A stretch of DNA of 64,000 bases from Candidatus Spongiisociaceae bacterium (GTDB taxonomy: Bacteria; Actinomycetota; Acidimicrobiia; Spongiisociales; Spongiisociaceae). The stretch is taken from the NCBI GenBank assembly GCA_965202665.1, contig OZ241841.1, positions 1,216,001 to 1,280,000 on the forward strand, written 5' to 3'. Of this stretch, positions 9,701-18,599 are shown piece after piece. Under the pieces are notes generated by a model. That model saw only the letters and a program-made list of their open reading frames with translations. It did not search any database and was not told where the DNA came from. How positions within the stretch are numbered: position 1 is the first letter of the stretch; the number at the start of each line of letters is the position of its first letter. The translations under genes and the position numbers were made by a program.

Positions 9701-10906
9701 TTCCCCGAAAGTCGCCGCGTCGTCCATGCTGTAGGAGTCCCCTTCGAAACCGGGGGCCTCTATCTTCTTCCTCTGCCGAGCGGTGAACACACGAGGGGTG
9801 GCCGTCATATACAAACGCTTGCTACCCCGGATGTGGGCGTCTTCGTGCACTATGCGGAACGGGGACACCCCCAGCCCTTCTTTGGATTCTTCGATGCCGG
9901 TGGTGCGGTGCGCCTCATCGCAGATAATCAAATCAAACCCCCACCCCTCCGCGGCCCGCTGTTGCGCCTCGGCAATTTTGGGGGAGGACTGATACGTGGA
10001 AAACACCACCTGCATCGAATCCCCCGACACCGGCTTAGACAACTCTTTAGCCAGCCGCGCCGGGTCGGTGGTTACCGGAATAGCCAACTCAGTTAAATCA
10101 CCGGCTATGTCCGCCTGCGCCGAGCCCTTCCGCCCCGCCGTGGTATCCGAGCACACCCCCAGATAACGTAGCGGCATTTCCCGTTGCCGGGACCATTCCC
10201 TCATCGTCTGCCCAATCAACGCAATCGACGGCACCAAATACAACACCCGGCCACCCAACCCCGCCACCTTCTCCGCCGCCCGCAACGCCACCAACGACTT
10301 ACCCGTCCCACACGGCAAAATCAACTGCCCCCGATCCACATCCCGAAACTTCTTCGCAATATCCCGCACCGCGTCCTTCTGAAACCCATACAACCGATGC
10401 TTAGGAGCCGGTGCGATCTCCAGCAGGTCGGGGGTTTCCGCGAACTCCCGCCAGTCATCCACCCACCGGTCCATCTCACTGGTATGCAACACCTCGCACC
10501 GCGGCTCCGCCTTACGCAACTTCGCCAACCCTGTCCGGGAAACCCGCGCCGTCGCCACTAACAGGCGCGATGCAAAATCAACCGTGCCCGACGCGCCCAA
10601 GAAACTGTCCACACCGGCGGTGGAAACCTCCTTTTCCCGGAACTTGCATTGAATGGCGCACAACCCGCCCCCGTAAGCCGGGGTCTGGCGGGCCACAATA
10701 TCAACCCCGATATCCCGCCCGTATCCCCGTTCTTCCCGTTCCGGCCACTCACTCCACAACCACACCTCCTCAAACCGCTCCCGCCCGTACTCACCCGGAT
10801 GAGCGCGCAACGCACCCGCCACCAACCGCTCAAACCGCCTCCCCTGAACCACCGACTTCGGATCATCCGCCACCAAACCTCGCAACACCTCCTGCAAATA
10901 CGGCAT
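6659..10906 (-). CDS. Type ISP-like R-M enzyme, large subunit, locus 2
   Basis: 1415 aa. Mrr motif DIGVDIVA...AIQCK, Walker A LPCGTGKS, DEAH, TATP, QAVGRAMR, MTase motif I DAFAGTG and motif IV NPPW, TRD region YRPYTK. Ends at PDLNQGGGGARVFTRWRF without the usual last ~230 aa. Confidence 0.93.
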   Translation of the reverse strand: MPYLQEVLRGLVADDPKSVVQGRRFERLVAGALRAHPGEYGRERFEEVWLWSEWPEREERGYGRDIGVDIVARQTPAYGGGLCAIQCKFREKEVSTAGVDSFLGASGTVDFASRLLVATARVSRTGLAKLRKAEPRCEVLHTSEMDRWVDDWREFAETPDLLEIAPAPKHRLYGFQKDAVRDIAKKFRDVDRGQLILPCGTGKSLVALRAAEKVAGLGGRVLYLVPSIALIGQTMREWSRQREMPLRYLGVCSDTTAGRKGSAQADIAGDLTELAIPVTTDPARLAKELSKPVSGDSMQVVFSTYQSSPKIAEAQQRAAEGWGFDLIICDEAHRTTGIEESKEGLGVSPFRIVHEDAHIRGSKRLYMTATPRVFTARQRKKIEAPGFEGDSYSMDDAATFGERFYEMEFSEAVEGGYLSDYEVLVITASAEAYLQSLANADFAHEMIVREDTNLALDDTVKLAGCWDALATPATTGVLPGRFPGQIFPEGGEPARSAIAFTNRVRTSQTAAMVWPKVVGALTRQRGDLVGNGGGGGENRFLRLDVNHIDGSTPAAERTDLLEQLRGRAGGGGESGRPVCRILSNARVLTEGVDVPSLDAVLFLNSRTSTVDITQAVGRAMRTAPGKRKGYIIIPVVVPEDADPQKMLEASDFQTVWEVVRALRSHDSRMEHYVSNASAWKKNAPLRVVTCRLGRDVEEEGYDERVQHQLQFQLSQEIASKVVEIIGDKQMYPRWGVHAADICRQVQTRINHLIAEGGPAENAFQRFLKGIRQSVGNHVTLEQAQEMIAQHVVTIPVFNVMLAESGFSEQNPVSKEIERLLKKFRKLNVSFEEELRPLTRAYRQMEAAFAGAVSSVEKVDILREIYEGFFQAAMKKTVKRVGIVYTPVQIVDFMIRSAAAICQKEFRRSIGSENIHILDAFAGTGTFISRLIEMKDEDGNYLISTEDLDRKYQQELHVNEFILLPYYIAALKIEESKHFRDGEKSDSKVKYDPFKKIVFTDTLLASPEQEGFDVLGDNIRVRLEQDATPMTVIISNPPWSSGQKLAGDDNPNLEYHDVGLRVEKTYGAKHKEVVGQSPGGNAMGNLYVKALRWCTDRILPNTQRGDHPAIVGLVHPNSLADGTSLAGVRGTLRDEFTDIYVINLRGNAFKQGDERQREGDTVFGEGTRNGVQITFLVRNPSKDISQPANLHYAQVPDYMSLDDKWEWLEKIWDVTSSQLEEVPVNPRHDWVNLSDGTFDNLLAVCDIQKENGQVAVAKHARGVTTTCDTYVYSFSREMLIQKVKRLIDIYDRTLDLVEIHGEDIGEVTANTRLDAIKWTDTLKGSLRKGRRIVFDEGRIRQVLYRPYTKLWLYEDDLILSSVKTVSAMFPREAEVEGIDVASGSMRGASDNLSAAGVVPDLNQGGGGARVFTRWRF

Positions 10907-11595
10907 TACCGCTGGCCTTCCAACGAGGGGGGCAGGCCGGCGATTATCTCCGCCGAACGGACGCTCACATAAACCAACCGCCGCAAATGGCGAATCAACT
11001 CATACGGATCCTTCTCCCACCGCCACCACCCATTCGGATCATCAGTGATGCCAGACGGCTTATCATGCTTATGCCGTAGGCTGTCGATGGCCCAATCCAA
11101 CGGCGACCGGCCCGACACCGTATACTCCTGAGCCCGCTCCGGGATGCCAACCAACCGGCACCGGTCGTTGATATGCAACACGGTGCGGTCAACCTTCCCC
11201 TTGCCGTCCTCGCCTTTGGCCCGCTCCCACCGCATCTTCTTCTTAATCCGGTAGTCCTCCGGGTCGGGGGAACCGTCCACCACAACTTCCACCCCTTCAT
11301 ATTCGGGACAGGTCTCGTATCCGATGTGCAAATCCATCAGTTCCCGCCCCGCCGCCCGGAAGGCCTCAAAGTCGGCGGCCAAAGGCACCCGGGGCAAATT
11401 GCGTTGCAAATCGTTGCGGTAGCGTTTCCGCCAGTCGGGGGCGTGCATCACCCCGTACAGATACTCCCAAATGTCATCTTTGGTAATGGAAGGGTCCTCA
11501 TAGCGGGTTTGGAACTCGTTCAGACACCAGTCAGTGATGTTGTCGGTGTCCTCCGTCATACCCTCCAAGCCCAAACCCTGGTCCTGGCCCATCAT
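10906..11595 (-). CDS. Stand-alone Type ISP C-terminal domain protein (small subunit), copy B3
   Basis: 229 aa, close paralog of B2. AGGAGG RBS upstream. Its stop overlaps the locus 2 ATG (TAATG). Confidence 0.88.
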   Translation of the reverse strand: MMGQDQGLGLEGMTEDTDNITDWCLNEFQTRYEDPSITKDDIWEYLYGVMHAPDWRKRYRNDLQRNLPRVPLAADFEAFRAAGRELMDLHIGYETCPEYEGVEVVVDGSPDPEDYRIKKKMRWERAKGEDGKGKVDRTVLHINDRCRLVGIPERAQEYTVSGRSPLDWAIDSLRHKHDKPSGITDDPNGWWRWEKDPYELIRHLRRLVYVSVRSAEIIAGLPPSLEGQR

Positions 11596-11781
11596 TCCGG
11601 CAAACCCTCCCTCCTCCTACGCCCCCCGCCCGGGGGAACGCCCTATCCTACCCCGGCGTTTCCGCACCCGCCAAATTTTTTTCAAACCTGCTCGAGCCCA
11701 CCCTCCCACCCCCCGCCCACCCACCCGAAAATATAAAGCACTTTTTCGGTTTCAACAAGGGGGTCGTTTCCGGAGGATGGC

Positions 11782-11806
11782 AAAAGCCCTGCTAGAAGGG
11801 CTTTTT
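11782..11806. terminator. Possible intrinsic terminator after the locus 3 cassette array
   Basis: AAAAGCCCT-gctaga-AGGGCTTTTT hairpin ~85 nt past the last cassette stop; degenerate counterpart at ~5383-5410. Confidence 0.45.
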
Positions 11807-11889
11807 TGGCTAAGAATATTTTTCGCGAGGCGGGATTCTAAAACAAACACACCATTCAGGGCTAGAACAATCTACTCCTCCGACCTCGT

Positions 11890-12506
11890 TCAAAAACGGG
11901 GAAGGGCGCGGGTGGCAGGGTCTATCACGTGCAGGTCGGGCAAAGTGTCTGTTGCTAAAACGGCCGGGCGAGCCCGGTTGGAAGGAGCCACAATCAGAAT
12001 CGCCTCCACCGAGGCAGAACCCGGGTGGGGCGGCCCGACGCGAGCACCGCGAACGGCAACCGCTGGGGCTGATTGGCCAAGACCGATCCCACCCGCTACC
12101 TCCAGCGCAGTATCACCCGCGTCTGCTGACCGGCCGCCATCGTATGCAAATCCGGAAGCCACCCCGTCGCCAACACCCCCGCCCTCGCCATATTCGACGG
12201 ACCCGTAAACATCAGCCCCGTCGCCGGGGAACGACCCGGCAGGCCTGCTGAGTTCCCACCGCGCAGAGATCGCTGATGACCTGGGCTGCGAGAGTCCCGA
12301 AGACTGCCTTGTTCGACGGACAGGTGATGAGAATTCTTGGCTCCCCCCCCCCCCGCTACCTCTAGCGCGGTATCACCCTCGTCTGTTGCGAACCCTTGAT
12401 CGCCGCCAGGTCCGTCAGCCATGCCGCCGCCAGGGCCTGGAAAATCATATTGTTGCCGTTGCTGATCAGAATCACCTTCGCGTGACGACCCTTGCCCCCC
12501 CCCCCC
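11890..12506 (-). other. Frameshift-selectable cassette array of locus 3: C1', C2, C3, C6 plus two poly-G switches
   Basis: G12 at 12495-12506 and G12 at 12343-12354. Cassette stops at 12362, 12212, 12096 and 11890. ORF-track ORFs 12096..12533 and 11890..12162 are bypass-frame-plus-cassette reads. Confidence 0.88.
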
Positions 12507-15500
12507 TAACTGAGTTAAGATCTGGTTGCACATCGTGCGCGATGGGGGTATCGACTGTACCTCGACCGGATCCGCTGGTGAAAGAAACCGCTTCAGTGAT
12601 TTCGCTATGGGGGAACAGTCGGGATGCGCTTCTCACCGATGATAAAATACGGTCATCCTCGTACAACCATAGTTTAGTAAACGGCCGATACAGTACTTGG
12701 CGGATACGAGCAGGGTCAAATACTATTTTTCTGCCTCTTCGCAGTGAATCTTGGATACGGGCAATGCTCCGTAGATATAGTGAATCCTCCACCAACTTCT
12801 CAATCCATTGTTTAGTTGGATGAGTATGGTTTCTTACTTGCAGAAGATACGCATCGTATTCGTCTAATAAATCTCTTATTTTATCTTCCAGGGCTTGCCG
12901 ATTGTATGAGTAGGCCATGAAATCACAGGCGGTAGCTATTCCCAGCGCACTCTTTTGAGAAACTGCTGGTTCTTGATTTGCACCTACAGTGCATATAGGC
13001 ACCATTTTTTCATATGTTCCATCAGACAGGTTTACCCAATCATGTTTTGAGGTCACCGGTACTTCTTTCAATTGATCACTGGTTATATCGCCTAGAAACT
13101 CTAGCCAGTCCCACTTTTGATTTAGTTTTAGGTAATCCGGCACTTGAGCGTAACGGAGAATGGCAGGCCCTTTCAAGTCCTTGCGAGGATTTCGAACCAA
13201 AAATGTTATCTGTGTCCCAAGCATGGCACCAGCTCCGAACACTTTGTCTCCTTCTTTTTGCCATTCTTCACCCGCTTTTTTGGCATTACCTCGTAGGTTA
13301 ACTACATAGATATCAGTAAATTCATCACGAAGAGATGCTCTCATTCCAGCTAAACTGGTCGCATCAGTTAAAGAATTGGGGTGAACAAAACCAATCATTT
13401 TCCCTCGGTTAGCAGGTTCTTTATCTAGTTGATCGGTTGCCCATCTTATAGCCTGTACAAATAAGTTTCCAGCGGCATTTCCACCAAGTCTTAGACCAAG
13501 AGCTTTATGAGATTTATTATAAGTTTCCCTAACTCGCTCTGCTACTTTAGGGAACTGTAATTTGCCAACTTGTCCAGTTCTATTGGCCCCAGAACCCCAA
13601 GGTGGGTTACTAAAAATAATATCCACAGGAGTCTGATCCAAACGGGCCGCTCTTCCAACATTACCCTCAGCATCATCTAATTCGCGTTGTTGACCCCGTC
13701 CACCCCCCAAATTGCCGGAAAGGAAAGTATTCTGCAAAACCAGCCCCTCCCAGGGTTGGTAGTCAGGATCCTGTTCATCACGCCGGTTAATTCTCTTTCG
13801 GTAAGTTTCCTCCACTTGGAGGGCGGAAACATAGTATGCGAGCATAACGATTTCTGATCCATGCATATTTTTCCATACATTCTCTAGCGCGTTGTCGGGT
13901 ACAATAGGTTTTCCATCCCTGCCAAAGGCATCTAGTAAACGCGTGGGGAAGGTACCGGTTCCACAGAACGGATCATAGAACTGAACATATTGATCAGAAA
14001 TATGAACACCAAATTCTTTTTCACAGATAGCGGCAGCCGATTTAATAATAAAATCAACTATTTGAATAGGTGTGTAGACTATACCAAGTTGTTTTATCGC
14101 GTTAGGCATAGCTTCCTTAAAGAATCCATCATATATTTCCCGAAGGACATCTACCTTTTTATCGGCATCTCCAGCTGCATCAAACACCTCTTTCATGCGA
14201 TCATAAGCTCGTTGCAGAGGTGCACAATCACCTTGAAAATTTATTCCCTGCATTTCCAGCGTTTTGCGAAGAGTGTCAATACGTCGACTAATAGGATTCA
14301 CCTGTGCAAAATGCCCGTGGAACATTGCATCGAAAACGGGAATAGTTACAATATGTTGAGCGACCATTTCTTCGGTACTATCGGGATCAACCTGACCACC
14401 CATTACCTTCCCTAACTCATAAACTAACTCTTCAAATGCTTGTTGACACACCGGATCGGTAAGAGAAGATTTTAGTCGCGAGCGAACGTCGGCGCAAACC
14501 TTTGCCGCCTGCTGACCCCATCGAGGCCACATTTTCTTGTCTCCAACTTTATCTACTATTACCGATGCCAACTGCTGGGTGAGTTGAAATCGCAACTGTT
14601 CCACTTCCCGTTGGGTTCGTTTGGTTTTTTTCCCATTGCCAATAACCCTTACATTGAACTTGCCTTTTAGCTGGCATATATCGGGGTCGGACACCCAATA
14701 GTCAACGCGGTCATCGTGCGATCGTAAAGCGCGAACAACGTTGGCTACGTTGGCGAATTCGCTTTGTGCAAGTTTCCGGTTAGGATCTTCTTCTTGCTCA
14801 TCTATCACAACGGGAATAACTATGTGCCCTTTAGTTTTGTGATCAGTGGTACGCATCGCCCGCCCTACCGCTTGAGTAATGTCTACTTCCGATGTTTTAG
14901 GATCTAAGAAAATAACCGCATCTAGGCCGGGAACGTCTACCCCTTCAGTTAGAACTTTCACATTTGTCAAAATCTCACAAATGGGCGATTCCGCATCCTC
15001 ATCTGTTGTCGGTGGTGCATTAGTAACAGTTCGCAACCGGCTTATACGTTTAGTGCGTTCCGCAGCGGGAGTATTGCCATCCACATGATTGACTTTTAAC
15101 TGAAGATAACGGTTAGGTTCTTCGTCAATAGCCGATTGGCGGGAAGCCAGCTCCGCCCATACCATGGCTACTTCTCGGCTTCGGGGAATTTTGTTAGCGT
15201 AAAGCAGGGCGGTACGGGTGGGCCACCCTAATTTTATATCTGTTTTTCCGGCAGGGCGGTGAGGGTCCACCTTTTCAGAATATGGTGTGGACAGGGCATC
15301 CCAAGCACCAGCTAATCGTACTCCATCGCTTAATGACAAGGCTGGCTCTCGCTCTCCAGTTTCAGGGTTTTTCTTACCTTGAGGTTCGTAACCCGGTATG
15401 TCCGCCCATTCCATACCTATATGATCGGAATGGGCCGCCTGCCATCGAAAGCCACGACTAGCTGCTACTACATGTATCTGATAGTCAGACAGAACCGGGC

Positions 15501-16767
15501 GACCATCCGTACGTAGGTTGATCTTCTCTGAAGTTTTACTATCAATCCTTTTACCATCCACAGCCTCCGCGAAAGACAGCTTATAGAAGACCGGCCCGAA
15601 CACACCTTCATCATCCATAGAATAAGATTGCCCATCATAATGCTTATTTTCTATACGACTCTTTTGATGTTCAGTAAAAACCCGGGGGGTAGCGGTCATA
15701 AAAAGCCTTTTGCGACAAGGGATTTGATCATTGCTCAAACCAGTCTGAAATAAGCTACCTTCAGTTTTGTTAATGCCGGTAGTTCGATGCGCCTCATCAA
15801 AAAATGCTAAATCGAACATAAACCCTGGAATAGATTTGATAGATTCTGCGACCATCGGTGACGACTGATATGTACAGAATACGGCTCGCGTCGTTCTCTT
15901 CGCAATGGGCTTTTTAAGAGCGATCGTTAGATGATTGGGATCAGTAGTTACAGGAGCAAATAGTTCGGTGAGCCGACGACGGTCTTCACGACCAACAGAA
16001 CTATCGGAACACACCGCCAAAAACTCTAGCGGCAGAGTTTTGTTGGCGGACCATTCTTTCATACTTTGATCCATCAATGCTAAAGAAGGTACTAGAAATA
16101 ATACAGTTGCTCCCCCCCCCCCCCGTTCCGTCGCCCATAACGAGACTAGCGTCTTTCCGGTACCACATGGCAAAATTAGCTGTCCTCGATCAAAGTCTCT
16201 AAACCCATTATATATTTTATCGATAGCGTCCCGTTGAAATGGATGCGGAGTTTTTGGATGGCTTCGGATAACTAACTTGTTAGGCTCGTCGATAAGAGTA
16301 CGCCAGTCTTCCACCCACCCGTCCATTTCAACAGTGTGCAGAACCTTCCCATCTCGATGGCGGTGTAATGCTTCCTCCCCTTTTCGAGAAACCGGAGCGG
16401 TGGCCACCAACAAAATAGACCGGAACAGATCCGATGAAGGGCGGGAATGTGTGATAAAACGGTCCACCGCTCTGGTAGATATCTCGTTGCGATGAAACTT
16501 GCACTGAACAGCGCACAGGCCGCCACCGTACGCATCGGTTTGCTCCGCCACCAAATCTATACCATCGTCGCCAGCCGCGTACCCGTGCCTCTCCCGATCC
16601 GGCCACTCCCCCCACAACCAAACGTCCCGGAACCGATCCTTGCCCCATTCTCCCGGGTGGGCTAGAAAGGCGGCTTTAACTAATTCCTCAAAGTCACGAC
16701 CTTTTTCCACGGCGGTTGCCGTACGGTCTTCTATCATCTCCAATGCCTCAGTCAAATAACCCATCAT
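12472..16767 (-). CDS. Type ISP-like R-M enzyme, large subunit, locus 3
   Basis: DDGIDLVA...AVQCK, LPCGTGKT, DEAH, QAVGRAMR, DPFCGTG, NPPW, YRPFTK. Start moved to ATG 16767 after AAGGAGG. Ends PDLNSVRGGGARVVTRR. Confidence 0.93.
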   Translation of the reverse strand: MMGYLTEALEMIEDRTATAVEKGRDFEELVKAAFLAHPGEWGKDRFRDVWLWGEWPDRERHGYAAGDDGIDLVAEQTDAYGGGLCAVQCKFHRNEISTRAVDRFITHSRPSSDLFRSILLVATAPVSRKGEEALHRHRDGKVLHTVEMDGWVEDWRTLIDEPNKLVIRSHPKTPHPFQRDAIDKIYNGFRDFDRGQLILPCGTGKTLVSLWATERGGGGATVLFLVPSLALMDQSMKEWSANKTLPLEFLAVCSDSSVGREDRRRLTELFAPVTTDPNHLTIALKKPIAKRTTRAVFCTYQSSPMVAESIKSIPGFMFDLAFFDEAHRTTGINKTEGSLFQTGLSNDQIPCRKRLFMTATPRVFTEHQKSRIENKHYDGQSYSMDDEGVFGPVFYKLSFAEAVDGKRIDSKTSEKINLRTDGRPVLSDYQIHVVAASRGFRWQAAHSDHIGMEWADIPGYEPQGKKNPETGEREPALSLSDGVRLAGAWDALSTPYSEKVDPHRPAGKTDIKLGWPTRTALLYANKIPRSREVAMVWAELASRQSAIDEEPNRYLQLKVNHVDGNTPAAERTKRISRLRTVTNAPPTTDEDAESPICEILTNVKVLTEGVDVPGLDAVIFLDPKTSEVDITQAVGRAMRTTDHKTKGHIVIPVVIDEQEEDPNRKLAQSEFANVANVVRALRSHDDRVDYWVSDPDICQLKGKFNVRVIGNGKKTKRTQREVEQLRFQLTQQLASVIVDKVGDKKMWPRWGQQAAKVCADVRSRLKSSLTDPVCQQAFEELVYELGKVMGGQVDPDSTEEMVAQHIVTIPVFDAMFHGHFAQVNPISRRIDTLRKTLEMQGINFQGDCAPLQRAYDRMKEVFDAAGDADKKVDVLREIYDGFFKEAMPNAIKQLGIVYTPIQIVDFIIKSAAAICEKEFGVHISDQYVQFYDPFCGTGTFPTRLLDAFGRDGKPIVPDNALENVWKNMHGSEIVMLAYYVSALQVEETYRKRINRRDEQDPDYQPWEGLVLQNTFLSGNLGGGRGQQRELDDAEGNVGRAARLDQTPVDIIFSNPPWGSGANRTGQVGKLQFPKVAERVRETYNKSHKALGLRLGGNAAGNLFVQAIRWATDQLDKEPANRGKMIGFVHPNSLTDATSLAGMRASLRDEFTDIYVVNLRGNAKKAGEEWQKEGDKVFGAGAMLGTQITFLVRNPRKDLKGPAILRYAQVPDYLKLNQKWDWLEFLGDITSDQLKEVPVTSKHDWVNLSDGTYEKMVPICTVGANQEPAVSQKSALGIATACDFMAYSYNRQALEDKIRDLLDEYDAYLLQVRNHTHPTKQWIEKLVEDSLYLRSIARIQDSLRRGRKIVFDPARIRQVLYRPFTKLWLYEDDRILSSVRSASRLFPHSEITEAVSFTSGSGRGTVDTPIAHDVQPDLNSVRGGGARVVTRR

Positions 16768-16904
16768 CGCTCCTCCTTGTCCTCCTGTTCCTAATGTCCC
16801 TTGGCAATAGCAGTGCTTCCACGACGGACGCGGATCTCGCCAAAAAACCAACCGGTGGCATTGTGTTCCCCGTCAATCCCTCCAGCCACAGCCTAGTAAT
16901 ATTC

Positions 16905-16913
16905 ATTATACCA
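16905..16913 (-). promoter_or_regulatory. Extended -10 promoter element for locus 3
   Basis: TGGTATAAT on the minus strand ~140 nt upstream of the start codon in AT-rich intergenic DNA. Confidence 0.55.
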
Positions 16914-16925
16914 TCTCTTCTTAAT

Positions 16926-18599
16926 TCAACCCAGACCGCAGACGGTTTCCTCGGTTGCTTGGTCTATTTTTTTTAGGTCTGAGTCGTCGTTTAGCAGCTC
17001 CCAGCGTAGGAGGGAGAGTGGGAGGTTGCCGTTTTGCCATAGGAAATCGTGGAATGAACGCAACGAGAAGTTTTTCCCCTGCGCTTGTTTGGCGTCGTGC
17101 AGCAGGCGTATTATTTCCAGTTTGCCCACCATGTAGCTCATCGCCAGGCCGGGGCAGGCTACGTAGAGGGCGGTTTCCTCCAAGGCGGTTTGTTCGTCGA
17201 TGGGGATCATCTTCATAAACGTCTCGACGCCTTCGGCGGGGGAGATTTCGCCGGTCACCAAACCCACGTCCACGATGGTGCGCAGGCACCGCAGGCGGTT
17301 CATGTTGTGGACGGCCTGTTGTGACCAGGGGGCGTCGTCGAACAGGCCCGCCTGCAGCATCATCTCCTCGTTGTAAAAAGCGATGCCCTCGTTGGGAACG
17401 GAATCGTAGTAGCGGCGGCGGAGCGGGTTGGGGTGCGCCCAGGAGGTGGTCAGTTGTTTGAAATGGGCTCCCTCGTGCACGATTCCCAGCCGGGGATCAT
17501 GCGCGTTGGCGTAGGCGAAATACTGCAGTTCCCCCGCCGGGGAGATGGTGTAGGACACCCCGTCCTGGTGCAAGCGCAGGTCGGAGGTCAGGTCGTTGAA
17601 CACCCCCAGCCAGCGCAACCGCTCCACATAGGGGGGCATCACCGCCGTGTGATAACGGCGCAACGCGTCCGGTTGCGACAGCAGGTCGTGCCGCTCGTAG
17701 AATTCCCGCACCTCCTGTTCGTTCCGTATCTGGGTTTCCACCTGTTCTTCGGCGGAGGCGGCCCGCGTCGGGCCCGACCGGGTCCGGTTGCGGTTGGCGG
17801 CCATCTCCTCCCAGACCGAAGCCCGTTCCAGTTCCCGCCGGGCGTTTAGGAGCAGGACTTCCGGTTGATGGGGCAACAGCGCCACATTGCGCAGATACCA
17901 CAGGAAAGCCTCCCGCCCCACCGGTTCGGCGGAGGGCATCTGCGGCAGAAAACCGGCCAGCCACTCCCGGAAGCCGACCAGGGCCCGAGCGGCGACCTCC
18001 CCCCGGGCCGCCAATTCGGAGCGGGCGGCGCCGTCGAAAAGGGGGGACAGCGCCTCCAGGGCCTGCGGCAGGTCGGAGTCTATGTTGCGCAGCAGTTTCA
18101 AAGCCAACTCGGCCAGTTGCCGGGTTCCCGCCCGGGACAGGTTTTCCCGGGCGGTCTCCAACTGCCCGCCCACGTAGTCCAGTCGGAACAGGACGCCCTC
18201 CTGCCGTTCCCGGTCGAAAGGCGGCAACGGCAACATCAGGTCGTAGGCCGGCCCCAGGGCCTGATGCAGTTGCATGACCGCGTCCCGCTCCCAGCCCGCC
18301 AGCCTCCCCACCTCCCATTCCACCCGGCGGATGGCGGAACCCACCAGCCGGTAATCCACTTGCGTTCCCACCGGGGCGCCCGCCGCGTCCAAACTCCGCC
18401 AGCGTTCCAGAAACTCCCCGGCCCGGGCCAGCCGTTCCCGCGCCGAAGCCCGGTCGAAGCGGGGCCGCCAGTCCGGGGGATGATCCACGCGGGGGATGTC
18501 GTCGGCGCTGCGGAAAGAAGAGGCGATCCGCCACTCCCAAAACTCTTCCCCCAGTTCCCGCACCGCCTGATGCGGATCGGGCGCCGGACCCCCGTTCAC
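16926..18599 (-). CDS. DUF885-family protein (putative metallopeptidase-like)
   Basis: HEGAHFKQL...NEGIAFYNEE...R.IVDVGL...PGLAMSYMVGKLEI...FSLRSFHD motifs. GTG start at 18599 overlaps the upstream stop (GTGA). Confidence 0.75.
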   Translation of the reverse strand: MNGGPAPDPHQAVRELGEEFWEWRIASSFRSADDIPRVDHPPDWRPRFDRASARERLARAGEFLERWRSLDAAGAPVGTQVDYRLVGSAIRRVEWEVGRLAGWERDAVMQLHQALGPAYDLMLPLPPFDRERQEGVLFRLDYVGGQLETARENLSRAGTRQLAELALKLLRNIDSDLPQALEALSPLFDGAARSELAARGEVAARALVGFREWLAGFLPQMPSAEPVGREAFLWYLRNVALLPHQPEVLLLNARRELERASVWEEMAANRNRTRSGPTRAASAEEQVETQIRNEQEVREFYERHDLLSQPDALRRYHTAVMPPYVERLRWLGVFNDLTSDLRLHQDGVSYTISPAGELQYFAYANAHDPRLGIVHEGAHFKQLTTSWAHPNPLRRRYYDSVPNEGIAFYNEEMMLQAGLFDDAPWSQQAVHNMNRLRCLRTIVDVGLVTGEISPAEGVETFMKMIPIDEQTALEETALYVACPGLAMSYMVGKLEIIRLLHDAKQAQGKNFSLRSFHDFLWQNGNLPLSLLRWELLNDDSDLKKIDQATEETVCGLG

